Source: Chthoniobacteraceae bacterium
GTDB taxonomy: Bacteria; Verrucomicrobiota; Verrucomicrobiia; Chthoniobacterales; Chthoniobacteraceae
Length of the DNA stretch: 64,000 nucleotides
Reading direction: 5' to 3'
Assembly: GCA_037190965.1 (NCBI GenBank)
Contig: JBBCKI010000028.1
Location: forward strand, 96,001-160,000
The notes below the pieces were generated by a model, which worked only from the letters and a program-made list of their open reading frames with translations, had not been told where the DNA came from and searched no databases. Of the stretch, positions 36,786 through 45,677 are shown in pieces. A program made the translations under genes and the position numbers. The stretch's first letter is position 1; the number at the start of each line of letters is the position of its first letter.

Positions 36786-39700
36786 TCACCGTTTTTGGGA
36801 GGGTGGAACCTCGAACGCGACCGAGACGGTTTTTCCCGACGCGGCCTCTCGGATCTGTACGGAGTAACGACCGGGAGTGGCGTTCCATGCCACCGGGATT
36901 TCGAGGGTGAGTTTCCCATTCTCGATGACGGTGTAATACGTCTCGTCCCGAAGATTTTCGTCGGGCCCGCGCGTTTCGACGTGGGCCGGGATCAGGCCTG
37001 GAAGTGCCTTGCCGCTCTGCCCGCTTAGTTTCACTTCAAAAACGGCACTCCCCCCGGCGTTTACTTTCGTCATGGCGGGCACGCTTTCCAGGGCTCCGAT
37101 TTCCTCCGGCAAAAATACCAGCACCCGTCCCTTGGCAGGGAGGAGGTCGATGCGGAGGAGAGAGCGATTCTCCGTTGGAGAGAGGATTACTTGCTCATTA
37201 CGCAGGAGATCGTAGACAGCACTTCCGAGTTCCGGCGCGACCGCCATGGAGATGGTCTGGGCCACGCCGTTCTCCAGAACCTTCCCAAAATGCCCGTAGT
37301 GAACTCCCGGGACGCGGCGGGTATTGACGATGGCAAGGTAGTTCGCTCCCGAGGCATGGAGTAGATTCGGAAAGGCGTCGCCTTCAACGATTTCGGCTTC
37401 CGGTCGCAGCGCCGCGCGCATTGCGGTCACAGCGTCGGCCGTAGGGCCGCTGGCGGATGAAAACTGACTGGCGAGCGCCTCCATGCCCTCCCGAAAGTTA
37501 TTGTGGTCGCTGCCGTCGTATTCCCGCCGCAATGCCGTTTCCGCCTTACGCAGCTCTTTTTCTGCGGCTTTGCCAGCGGTCCAGTTGAACTGTTTGACAC
37601 CGGGAAGATTGAGCCCGAAGGCCTCGTCCACAACGACGGTTCCCCCATTGTCGACAAAGCGGCGAATGGCATTCACCGCGATCTCGGGAAGCACTGGCGC
37701 GGAGGGAATTGCCAGCACGGAGTAACCTTCAAGAATTCCGGAGGCGGTCTCGAAATCTTCGTCATAGAGAACATCGAAGGGGAGTTGTAACCGCTCGACG
37801 GCGTTCTCAAGAGGAGTCGCGGCTGGCCAGCGTATATTGTTGAAGAGCTCCGCCGCAAAAGACCGGAAAATGGCGATCCGGCGTGGGCGGTTTTCCCATC
37901 GGGGAACCAGTGCGCCTAGGGGATGAAGGTCTTCGCGATGGAAGCGGGCCAGTTCTTCGCGGAGTTCGGGAATGAACAGGAAAGTGTCGCTTCGTTCGCC
38001 CTTCACGGAGATCTTGCCCGCCGCCGTCTCCCAACTCGGACGCGGGCCCATCAGCGCGTCGATCTCCTCCTGGGTGCTGGATTGTTTTCCCGTGGGGCGC
38101 TCGATGACTGACCAATGGTTCCAGTAGGTGAACCCCCGCGTGGGGCGAGCCAGGCAGTGCCATGCGGCTTCACGGAACATGTCGGGAGTCGGCAGGCCCG
38201 GGTAGGGAGCCGCCATTCCCGGCTTGAGCAGAAGCTGCGGCATGGAACCGACCAGCGCGCTTGAACCGTCCTCGTGCCGGGCCACTGCCCGCGCCCGTTC
38301 CTGCACCCGGATGGCGGCGGAGGGAGAAGGGAAGTAGAACCACTCCTGGACGAGATCGAGCTTGCGGAACGCGCGGACTGACGGGCGGCGCAGCACCGGT
38401 TCGCCGATGAACTCGACCCACGGTGCGGATTGCCGCAAGCGATCCGCCAATCGGTCGTTAAGGAAGACTTCATTGCCCGCCTGTGGTCCGTGCCACCAGC
38501 GATGGAATGCATAGAACGGGTCCTTCTCCGGCAGGATTCCATCGTTGGGCGCGCCATATTTGCCCTCAGCAGTCTTCAGGCGGCCAAAGGGAAATGTTAC
38601 GGCCTCGCTTCTTCCACCAGGGCGCTGCCAGGCGCCGAGGTCCAGCTTGAAGCGTTCGCGCACCTGCTCTTTGGTGCCTTCGCGAAAATCGTGCGACCAA
38701 CTGAACTGGCTTTCGCAGTTGAGGATGATATGGCGGATCTGCGGGTAGTCTTCAATGACCTTGCCAAAGCGCGCTGCCGCGGCATCGATCTGCGCTTGCG
38801 CGGAGGGGGAAGCCTGGTCCGTCTTTCCCCACTCTCCCACGGCATCGAGGAACCGATTCTCGTTCTTTTCGGGAACCGCGGTGAAATTGTAGCGGTACTG
38901 CACATAGAGGCCGTTCCGAGTGAGATCGTCCACAAGGCTGGGCCGCACACGCGTCCGGGCCGAGGAACCGCCCGTGAAGCCGAACTTCCGCAAGTCTCCG
39001 GAGGAATCGGCCCACGGAATGACAAAAGCGTTGGCCAGCGGCGCGCGGGCCGGGACGATCTCGACTTTCCGGGTGAGCCGGGTTTTTCCATGGGCATCCT
39101 CCAGTTCGAAGACCATGTCATAGGTCCCGGGCTCGAGGCGGGCGGGGGACCATGGGAAGGAAATCGTCCGGCCCGATGAAGTCTGGGAGGATTGCAAAGA
39201 TGTCTCCGCCTGGAAGAAACCGCCCATGGAAAACCGCACTGTCGCTTTGCCATATTCGCCCTTCGCCGGAGCGACGGAGAAGCGCCAGCGGCGCTCGATT
39301 TCGTCGCGGGCAAAGACGGAGGCGGGCTCCCGGTTTTGAAGGGTCCACTTGGGAGCCAGGCCGACTCCGAGCGGTTGCTCGCGGTGAAAAAGCTGATTGA
39401 TCTCGGCGGCCTCGAGCGGGCGGCTCCAGAGAGCAAACTCATCGAGCCGCACGTCGCCGCGCAGGGCGGGGCTGAAGTTGGCAGTCATCCCTCCCAGCGT
39501 GACTTGGCCCAGGCGAGGCCGAGGGGGAGCGTTCTCCAGGGAGATCACGCGCGCACCATCGAAAAAGACGGTCACGGCGGGTCCATTCCATGTCACGGCG
39601 ACATGATGCCATTGCCCGGGTTGTACCGCTTCGGGAAGCTTGGCTTGCCCGCCCTTCTTTCCAGGTAGGACCAGGGAGAGCGTTCGATTGTCGCGCAGGT

Positions 39701-40787
39701 CGAGGCGAAGGTCTGAGTTCCACGCGTAATGGTCGCCAATGCACAGCAGGGTGCGCCACTCGACATCGCCTTCCCGCTGGAACCAGAACGCGACGGAGCC
39801 CTCAGAGGCGTTTGGCGCTTCATCGAGCGAGAGGATGTCGCCATCCCGATTCATCGGCTGCCCAGGGAACCAGGTGGAAGCGGTGCGGCGTCCGGCGTAA
39901 CCGCCGTGACTTTCAAGCATGAACGCGGAGGCGAAAATCTCTCCCCCGTCCGGCAGTGTCAGCGAGAGGAGGACCGGCGGCGAAGGCTTCTTCGAGGAGG
40001 ACATGCCCTTCGCGGGCTCCTCCCCGATAGGGGAATGATGGCATTGGATACGCTCCCAGGTGCCGGAAAGAACGATTTCGCGTTCATCCAGAACAAGATT
40101 GTCTTTCACCGCCTCCAGCGCGAAGCGCACCCGCGTACCCGCCGCACCGCGTATATAGACCGAAGCGCTTCGGCTGGAGCCCGGCGCCGGTGTGGTGGGG
40201 GATGTCTGTATTTTTCCTCCCGGCCCGGCCTGAAGGTGGACGGCTCCGAAAGATTCCCTGGGGCCCTCCGCTCGCGTGATCTTGGCTTCCCCGGTGGATT
40301 GAACCCCCTCGAGTGATTCCACCATGCTCAACGTCCGGGGAAATTCATTGGTCCGGTTGTAGACTTCCGCGTGCTCGATAAAGACTGCCTGGCCAAACCG
40401 ACCGGGAAGAAAGCGGGGTTGGTGGGGCCCGATGCGATCCAGCTTCTCCGTGAATGCCGCTGAGTTCCTTTCGAAGGTCGTGGGGCGAAGCTCGCCCAGC
40501 CCGGAAATCGCTTCGATCGATCCTTCCATCGGGAGGTAGGCTTGCAGGCCATCCCGCAGCGATCCCAACGGGCTGGTTTCTTCGCCGTGCCATGCCGGAC
40601 CGTTATCGGGAGAATCTTCCACCAGGACGCCGGTTTTCGATTCCGGCGGAGCGGAATGCGCGGGCGATACCGGGCCCATCCCCAACCCCATCGCCACGAC
40701 CGAAGAGAAAATAGCGGTTCGAAGGCGGCGGGTTTCGGAACGTGAAATCAGGAGGAGGGGCTGGGAGGGCTCCTTGGGGGAGATCAT
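36786..40787 (-). CDS. large exported LamG-domain protein with putative glycoside-hydrolase and class-I GATase-like/beta-galactosidase trimerisation regions
   Basis: Signal peptide (AHS/A); LamG GSVAFW...WHHVAVTW...FFDG...LDEFALW; later PFDVL...Y.VL.IP...IRRFV..GG.VV; C-terminal Ig-like PGRY.V.IRE..SG. Confidence 0.65.
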   Translation of the reverse strand: MISPKEPSQPLLLISRSETRRLRTAIFSSVVAMGLGMGPVSPAHSAPPESKTGVLVEDSPDNGPAWHGEETSPLGSLRDGLQAYLPMEGSIEAISGLGELRPTTFERNSAAFTEKLDRIGPHQPRFLPGRFGQAVFIEHAEVYNRTNEFPRTLSMVESLEGVQSTGEAKITRAEGPRESFGAVHLQAGPGGKIQTSPTTPAPGSSRSASVYIRGAAGTRVRFALEAVKDNLVLDEREIVLSGTWERIQCHHSPIGEEPAKGMSSSKKPSPPVLLSLTLPDGGEIFASAFMLESHGGYAGRRTASTWFPGQPMNRDGDILSLDEAPNASEGSVAFWFQREGDVEWRTLLCIGDHYAWNSDLRLDLRDNRTLSLVLPGKKGGQAKLPEAVQPGQWHHVAVTWNGPAVTVFFDGARVISLENAPPRPRLGQVTLGGMTANFSPALRGDVRLDEFALWSRPLEAAEINQLFHREQPLGVGLAPKWTLQNREPASVFARDEIERRWRFSVAPAKGEYGKATVRFSMGGFFQAETSLQSSQTSSGRTISFPWSPARLEPGTYDMVFELEDAHGKTRLTRKVEIVPARAPLANAFVIPWADSSGDLRKFGFTGGSSARTRVRPSLVDDLTRNGLYVQYRYNFTAVPEKNENRFLDAVGEWGKTDQASPSAQAQIDAAAARFGKVIEDYPQIRHIILNCESQFSWSHDFREGTKEQVRERFKLDLGAWQRPGGRSEAVTFPFGRLKTAEGKYGAPNDGILPEKDPFYAFHRWWHGPQAGNEVFLNDRLADRLRQSAPWVEFIGEPVLRRPSVRAFRKLDLVQEWFYFPSPSAAIRVQERARAVARHEDGSSALVGSMPQLLLKPGMAAPYPGLPTPDMFREAAWHCLARPTRGFTYWNHWSVIERPTGKQSSTQEEIDALMGPRPSWETAAGKISVKGERSDTFLFIPELREELARFHREDLHPLGALVPRWENRPRRIAIFRSFAAELFNNIRWPAATPLENAVERLQLPFDVLYDEDFETASGILEGYSVLAIPSAPVLPEIAVNAIRRFVDNGGTVVVDEAFGLNLPGVKQFNWTAGKAAEKELRKAETALRREYDGSDHNNFREGMEALASQFSSASGPTADAVTAMRAALRPEAEIVEGDAFPNLLHASGANYLAIVNTRRVPGVHYGHFGKVLENGVAQTISMAVAPELGSAVYDLLRNEQVILSPTENRSLLRIDLLPAKGRVLVFLPEEIGALESVPAMTKVNAGGSAVFEVKLSGQSGKALPGLIPAHVETRGPDENLRDETYYTVIENGKLTLEIPVAWNATPGRYSVQIREAASGKTVSVAFEVPPSQKR

Positions 40788-40968
40788 AAATATGTATTAG
40801 TCTTATTGTTTTCCTCGTGTAAATGCAATTTAAATTAATTCATGAGGCTCGGAAGGGTGTGAATGAATCATTTTCGGTCGGATTCGACGCTGCGGCTTGT
40901 GCGGATTTCTGGGTTGAGCCTTCGAATTTTCTTGAATCGATAGGAATAATTCACATTAGTATGCTCCT

Positions 40969-43900
40969 GTGAGCAGATTGCCAATCGGAATTTTGTGTCT
41001 CCTCTTTTCCATCGCGGGAGCAGGTCTCGCGGATGAGGTTCCCTACCAGCGCCGCCTCAACATTTACTGGACTGACGTTGCTCCCGTCCTCGACGGCGCG
41101 ATGGATGACCGCTGCTGGCAGGAGGCCGAAGTAGCCGATGATTTTCGCTCCCTGCAAGACCGCTCGGTCACGGCCTCGCTTCGGTCGGAAGTCCGGGCCT
41201 GTTATGACGCGGAGTATCTCTATTTCTACTACCGGCTTCACGACGATGAGATCGGGAAGCTTCAGGTCGGCACGCCGGAGGACACCCGCGATGTGATCGA
41301 CGTCAACAAGGACGTGATCGAACTTTTTCTTAACCCGGGGCGGAGTGCGAAGGCGTATTATCAATTTTGTGCCACTCCGTTGGGTGCGCGGTTCGATATG
41401 CGCGTGACGCCGGAAGGAAAACGCGAAGTCGGTGTCTATACACCGGATTGGCAGGTTTCACCGGTGATTGGAACGGATCACTGGTCGGTGGAGTTTCGTA
41501 TCCCGATCGCGGAGCTTGTTTTTGACGGAAGCTATATAGGCACTCCGCAGCCGGGCGATGAATGGGGGATCAACTTCTGCCGGGACCAGGGATACCGCAA
41601 AGAATGGTCGTACTGGTCGCCCACGCGGGACAAGAGCTTTCACCGGCCTGCCGATATCGGCATTGCGATTTTCAAGGGCCGAAAGAACGGGCAGCCGCTG
41701 CCCGCAGTTCGCTGGAAAGGGGAACAACTGAACTATGGTTCCGGCATCCTGAATGTGGAGAATGCCGCCGGGACGGAAGGGCTGGAGGCAAAGTGGACGT
41801 TGCTGCACGACCGCGTCCCCCAAACAGACTCCGGAGTTAGCAATGAGCCCGGCGCAATGACGCTGAACTATCGGATCATGGAGGGCGGGCTGTGGGAGGC
41901 GCGGGTCAACGTCATCCAAAAAGGCGGTGCCGTCTTCACGGGCCGGACGGTCAACCGATTGCCTTCGGTGGGGGCTGTGATCCGGGAGATTCATCGTCAA
42001 CTGGAACCGGCGTTGAAAGCCGCCCTGGCCAATGCGGGTCTCCCGAATGTTGCCGCATTGGGCACGAAGATCGCGGAGATGGAATCGCTGATCGCGCCCC
42101 TCGCCGCCGAGCTCGCAGAGCCCTCCAAAGTTCCGAATGCCCGCTGGAGCGAATTGACGGCACAGATGCCGGAGATCGAATCGAGATGGGCAGCCCTCCG
42201 GTATGACATCGAAGTTCTCGGGCTTCATCCTCCCCGGGAGAAATCGGAGCCTCCGTTTGCCTGGGCGGCGGTACCTGCCTATACACCCATTAGTCCCGAC
42301 GCCGTGTTCCCACCGCACTCGGAACCGGTCCAAATCCGTGCGGCGGGAGGAGAATGGGAATCCTTCCAACTCGCGCTGATGCCCTATTTGAAGGATGTCG
42401 AAAAGGTGGAGGTTGCGGTCTCGCCATTCAAGGGGGAGGCGTCGACGCTGCCCGGTTCCTGTGTTGAGGTGAACGTCGTTGGCTTCGTCAAGATGCCCGA
42501 AGCCTGGGGTGGGGGAATGCAACCGGATGTGCTCTATCCGGTCGATCCGGTGAAGCCGGTTGAATTGAAACGGGGGAGAACGCAACCGTTGTGGATCAAT
42601 GTCTTTGTGCCCCCCGGGACGCCGAAGGGAAGCTACCACGGCGAAGTAAGCCTTCGCGCCGGCGGGTTTTCAGCAAAGGTGCCGGTTCGGATCGACGCTT
42701 TCGGGTTCGATCTTCCCAGCCAGCGCTCCGTCTGCGCGGATGCCTGGTACTGGATCGATGGCGGTCGCGAACTCAAGAAATACTATGGATCCGACAAGTT
42801 CACGTTGACGCCTGAACTCTATGAGACGCATCTGAAGATGTTCTCTCGGTATCGTTTCGCCTGCTATCCGATCAGCAGCGACCTCATGTGGAAGCTGATT
42901 AAGGTCTATCAGGAGCAGGACGGCAAGCTCTCCTTCGATTTCTCGGCTTGCGATTGGATCTTCGAGCTGGGCAAGAAGTATGGCGCGGAGAGCTTCGGTT
43001 CCTCTTTTGGATGCAACGCGCAAGCTTTGTTGCCTACCGCCTCGAAGGGCGTCCCGGTTTACGATCGCGCGACGGGGAAGAAAGTGTCCGACCTTAACCG
43101 GTATGCGGAGACGGTTGGCGGATGGAAGTTTACCAGGGGGAAAAGCAAGAAGTCCGATTTCGCGGAGAACCCGGTGTACCCGCAGTTTATCGCGCAGTTG
43201 ATCGGTTACCTGCGGCAAAAAGGCGTTCTCGATCTCGCCCACTACGAAATCTATGACGAACCGAAGACGCTCGACGAGTGGCGCGACGTCCTGAAGATGC
43301 ACGGCTTTCTTAAAGGGATTGCCCCGGACCTCAAGTTGAAGAGCTATGGCGTGGGGCCGTGGGCCTATGAAAACCGACCCGAGTTCAGCCCGATCGGCAA
43401 GTACGACGTCTGGGCGCCGCTTTTGGATAGCGTCACTCCCGCGCGGCTTGAACAGTTGCGGGAGCGGAAGAAGCATGGTGAAGCGTTCTGGTTCTATACG
43501 TGCAGCGCCAGGTATCGCGATATCGACCAGGCCTCCGCGCCGCACATCTGCTTGTACCAGTCTCCGCTGGCTCCCCGGATGCATGGGTGGGCGGCCTGGA
43601 AGTTGAAGGCGGATGGATTTCTGATCTTTGCGATGGCTACCGATTTGCCGAAGAACACTCAGCCCGACCGGGAGAAGTTCTTTACCGATCCCGTCTGGGA
43701 GGTTTCGAGGACAGCCGGGCAGGGATACCTGGTCTATCCGGGGCCGAACCAGGAGTTCTGGCCAAGCCTGCGGCTTGCCGCCGTCCGCGACGGCCTGGAG
43801 GACTATGAATTATTCAAGCTGCTCAGCGACCGTCTGGCTCGGCTCGACCCGGAAAGAGACGCCGATCTGATCGGGCGGATCCATCGTGAACTGGAGATCG

Positions 43901-44022
43901 GTAATGACATCCTGACTTGGGATTGGCACGTCTGGTGCAAGGACGAGCGGATCCTCAATAAGAAGCGCCAACAAATCGCGGACCTGATCGCCGAAGCCGA
44001 TGCGGTAAATGGCCGGCGGTGA
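40969..44022 (+). CDS. exported CBM9-like + DUF4091/GH123-like glycoside hydrolase
   Basis: Signal peptide; PVLDG.MDD..W, D.IELF, WSVEFRIP, WGINFCR (CBM9-like); EWESFQL, QPLWI, YDEP, WFYTC, GYLVYPG..PSLRL..VRDGLEDYE. Confidence 0.8.
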   Translation: MSRLPIGILCLLFSIAGAGLADEVPYQRRLNIYWTDVAPVLDGAMDDRCWQEAEVADDFRSLQDRSVTASLRSEVRACYDAEYLYFYYRLHDDEIGKLQVGTPEDTRDVIDVNKDVIELFLNPGRSAKAYYQFCATPLGARFDMRVTPEGKREVGVYTPDWQVSPVIGTDHWSVEFRIPIAELVFDGSYIGTPQPGDEWGINFCRDQGYRKEWSYWSPTRDKSFHRPADIGIAIFKGRKNGQPLPAVRWKGEQLNYGSGILNVENAAGTEGLEAKWTLLHDRVPQTDSGVSNEPGAMTLNYRIMEGGLWEARVNVIQKGGAVFTGRTVNRLPSVGAVIREIHRQLEPALKAALANAGLPNVAALGTKIAEMESLIAPLAAELAEPSKVPNARWSELTAQMPEIESRWAALRYDIEVLGLHPPREKSEPPFAWAAVPAYTPISPDAVFPPHSEPVQIRAAGGEWESFQLALMPYLKDVEKVEVAVSPFKGEASTLPGSCVEVNVVGFVKMPEAWGGGMQPDVLYPVDPVKPVELKRGRTQPLWINVFVPPGTPKGSYHGEVSLRAGGFSAKVPVRIDAFGFDLPSQRSVCADAWYWIDGGRELKKYYGSDKFTLTPELYETHLKMFSRYRFACYPISSDLMWKLIKVYQEQDGKLSFDFSACDWIFELGKKYGAESFGSSFGCNAQALLPTASKGVPVYDRATGKKVSDLNRYAETVGGWKFTRGKSKKSDFAENPVYPQFIAQLIGYLRQKGVLDLAHYEIYDEPKTLDEWRDVLKMHGFLKGIAPDLKLKSYGVGPWAYENRPEFSPIGKYDVWAPLLDSVTPARLEQLRERKKHGEAFWFYTCSARYRDIDQASAPHICLYQSPLAPRMHGWAAWKLKADGFLIFAMATDLPKNTQPDREKFFTDPVWEVSRTAGQGYLVYPGPNQEFWPSLRLAAVRDGLEDYELFKLLSDRLARLDPERDADLIGRIHRELEIGNDILTWDWHVWCKDERILNKKRQQIADLIAEADAVNGRR

Positions 44023-45152
44023 TGAACACCATGACAGCCCCTTCCACCCCTGTGTCGCCGGTTTCCCAACGCAAGCTGGATTATGGCGTTTTCGATATCG
44101 AAATTCATTGCAGCCCGCCCTCTGCGGATGCCATTGCGAAGTATCTGCCGTGCCGCTATCGGGAACGGTTTTCCCGGCGGGGAGTTTTCTCGAGTTTTTT
44201 CAATGTCGACCAGCGCGGCGGCAACAACCGCTATGATGTCGACTGTTCCGACGGAGGACCGCCCGCCAGCAATCCCGCCCTCATCAGGAAGCAGCTTCTC
44301 GACCCGTATCAGATCGAGTGGGCGATTTGCACCGGGCTTTATTATAACCTCAGTGTCATCCCGGACGTTGACTATGCATCCGCCATCGCCAGCGCCTTCA
44401 ACCGTTGGCTAATCGAAGAATTCATCGGGGGAGATCCGGCCCTTTTTGGGGTGGTCTGCGTCGTGCTTCAAAATCCCGCCAAGGCCATCGAGGAGATCGA
44501 ACGCTGGGGGAGTCACCCCAAGGTCGCAGAAGTGCTGATTTCAACGGCGGGACGCGAGCTTCTGGGGCACCGTTCTTTTCATCCGGTTTACGAAGCGGCG
44601 GCGGCTCACCGCCTTCCGGTGGCCGCCCATACCACGGTGGAGGGGCGCGGAATCAGCGGTCCACCCTCGAGCGCGGGATATCCCTCCCGGTACTTGGAGT
44701 TTCACACCAGCCTGGCCGGAAGCGCCATTGCCAATACCGCCAGCCTTGTGTGTGAAGGAGCCTTTGCGAAATATCCGGACTTCCGGTTTGTGTTGCTTGA
44801 AGGCGGCATTTCCTGGGCACAACCCCTGATGTGGGCGCTGGATGCCGAGTGGAAACGATTGCGCGAGGAGATGCCCCAGCTCAAGGAGTTGCCTAGCGAA
44901 TATTTGAAACGGCAGATGTATTATACCACCCAGCCGATTGAAGAGCCGGGGCGGCCCCGGGATCTCATCGAAACATACCGGCAGATCCATGGAGAAACCC
45001 AGATCATGTTTTCAAGTGACTATCCTCATTGGGACTTCGACAATCCCTACCTGATCCTCCCCGGGCAGGCTTCGGCCGCCTTGAAACGCCGGATTCTCCG
45101 GGACAACGCACTGGCGCTTTACGGCCCACGGCTAGTACCTTCTAACAGATAA
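44019..45152 (+). CDS. amidohydrolase-fold protein, probable dinuclear-metal oxygenase subunit
   Basis: FDIEIH, AAHT, LEGG, TTQPIEEP, FSSDYPHWD; paralogue of 22032-23138. Confidence 0.85.
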   Translation: MMNTMTAPSTPVSPVSQRKLDYGVFDIEIHCSPPSADAIAKYLPCRYRERFSRRGVFSSFFNVDQRGGNNRYDVDCSDGGPPASNPALIRKQLLDPYQIEWAICTGLYYNLSVIPDVDYASAIASAFNRWLIEEFIGGDPALFGVVCVVLQNPAKAIEEIERWGSHPKVAEVLISTAGRELLGHRSFHPVYEAAAAHRLPVAAHTTVEGRGISGPPSSAGYPSRYLEFHTSLAGSAIANTASLVCEGAFAKYPDFRFVLLEGGISWAQPLMWALDAEWKRLREEMPQLKELPSEYLKRQMYYTTQPIEEPGRPRDLIETYRQIHGETQIMFSSDYPHWDFDNPYLILPGQASAALKRRILRDNALALYGPRLVPSNR

Positions 45153-45305
45153 AATGACGCATCTAGCTTGTCTTTTTGGCCCAGGGCTGCGTTGTCAGCC
45201 CAAGGTGTTATCTTCAGATAGCACCATTGGGCTTCCGTCTTGCCCTGAGCCAAAAATCCGGCGCTATATGCGCAATTTTCCTTGTTACAAGGTACTTGGA
45301 ATCCA

Positions 45306-45677
45306 ATGAAGACAACGGCTTCCACTGCGGCAACGCCCATCCCCGCCGGGCTGGCGAATCTCAAGGAAGGGGAACGGCGGATCGTGACGGCGGGGCAGAC
45401 TTCCATCGGCATCTTCAAGGTGGGCGGGCGATACCACGCCCTTCGCAATCATTGTCCCCATGAAGGCGCGCATTTATGCCGGGGCGAATTGACGGGAACG
45501 AATCTCCCCACCGATCGCGTCGGCGAGTATAACTGGGGTCGGGACGGGATGGTGCTCCGCTGTCCGTGGCACCAATGGGAGTTCGATCTCGAAACGGGAA
45601 TCCACCTCGCAAACCCTTCCTGCCGCGTCAAAGTCTACCGGGTTGTCGAGAAAGACGGCTGCCTTTTCCTCGAATGA
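45306..45677 (+). CDS. Rieske [2Fe-2S] ferredoxin
   Basis: CPHEG...CPWHQWEFD; likely start ATG 45306. Confidence 0.92.
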   Translation: MKTTASTAATPIPAGLANLKEGERRIVTAGQTSIGIFKVGGRYHALRNHCPHEGAHLCRGELTGTNLPTDRVGEYNWGRDGMVLRCPWHQWEFDLETGIHLANPSCRVKVYRVVEKDGCLFLE

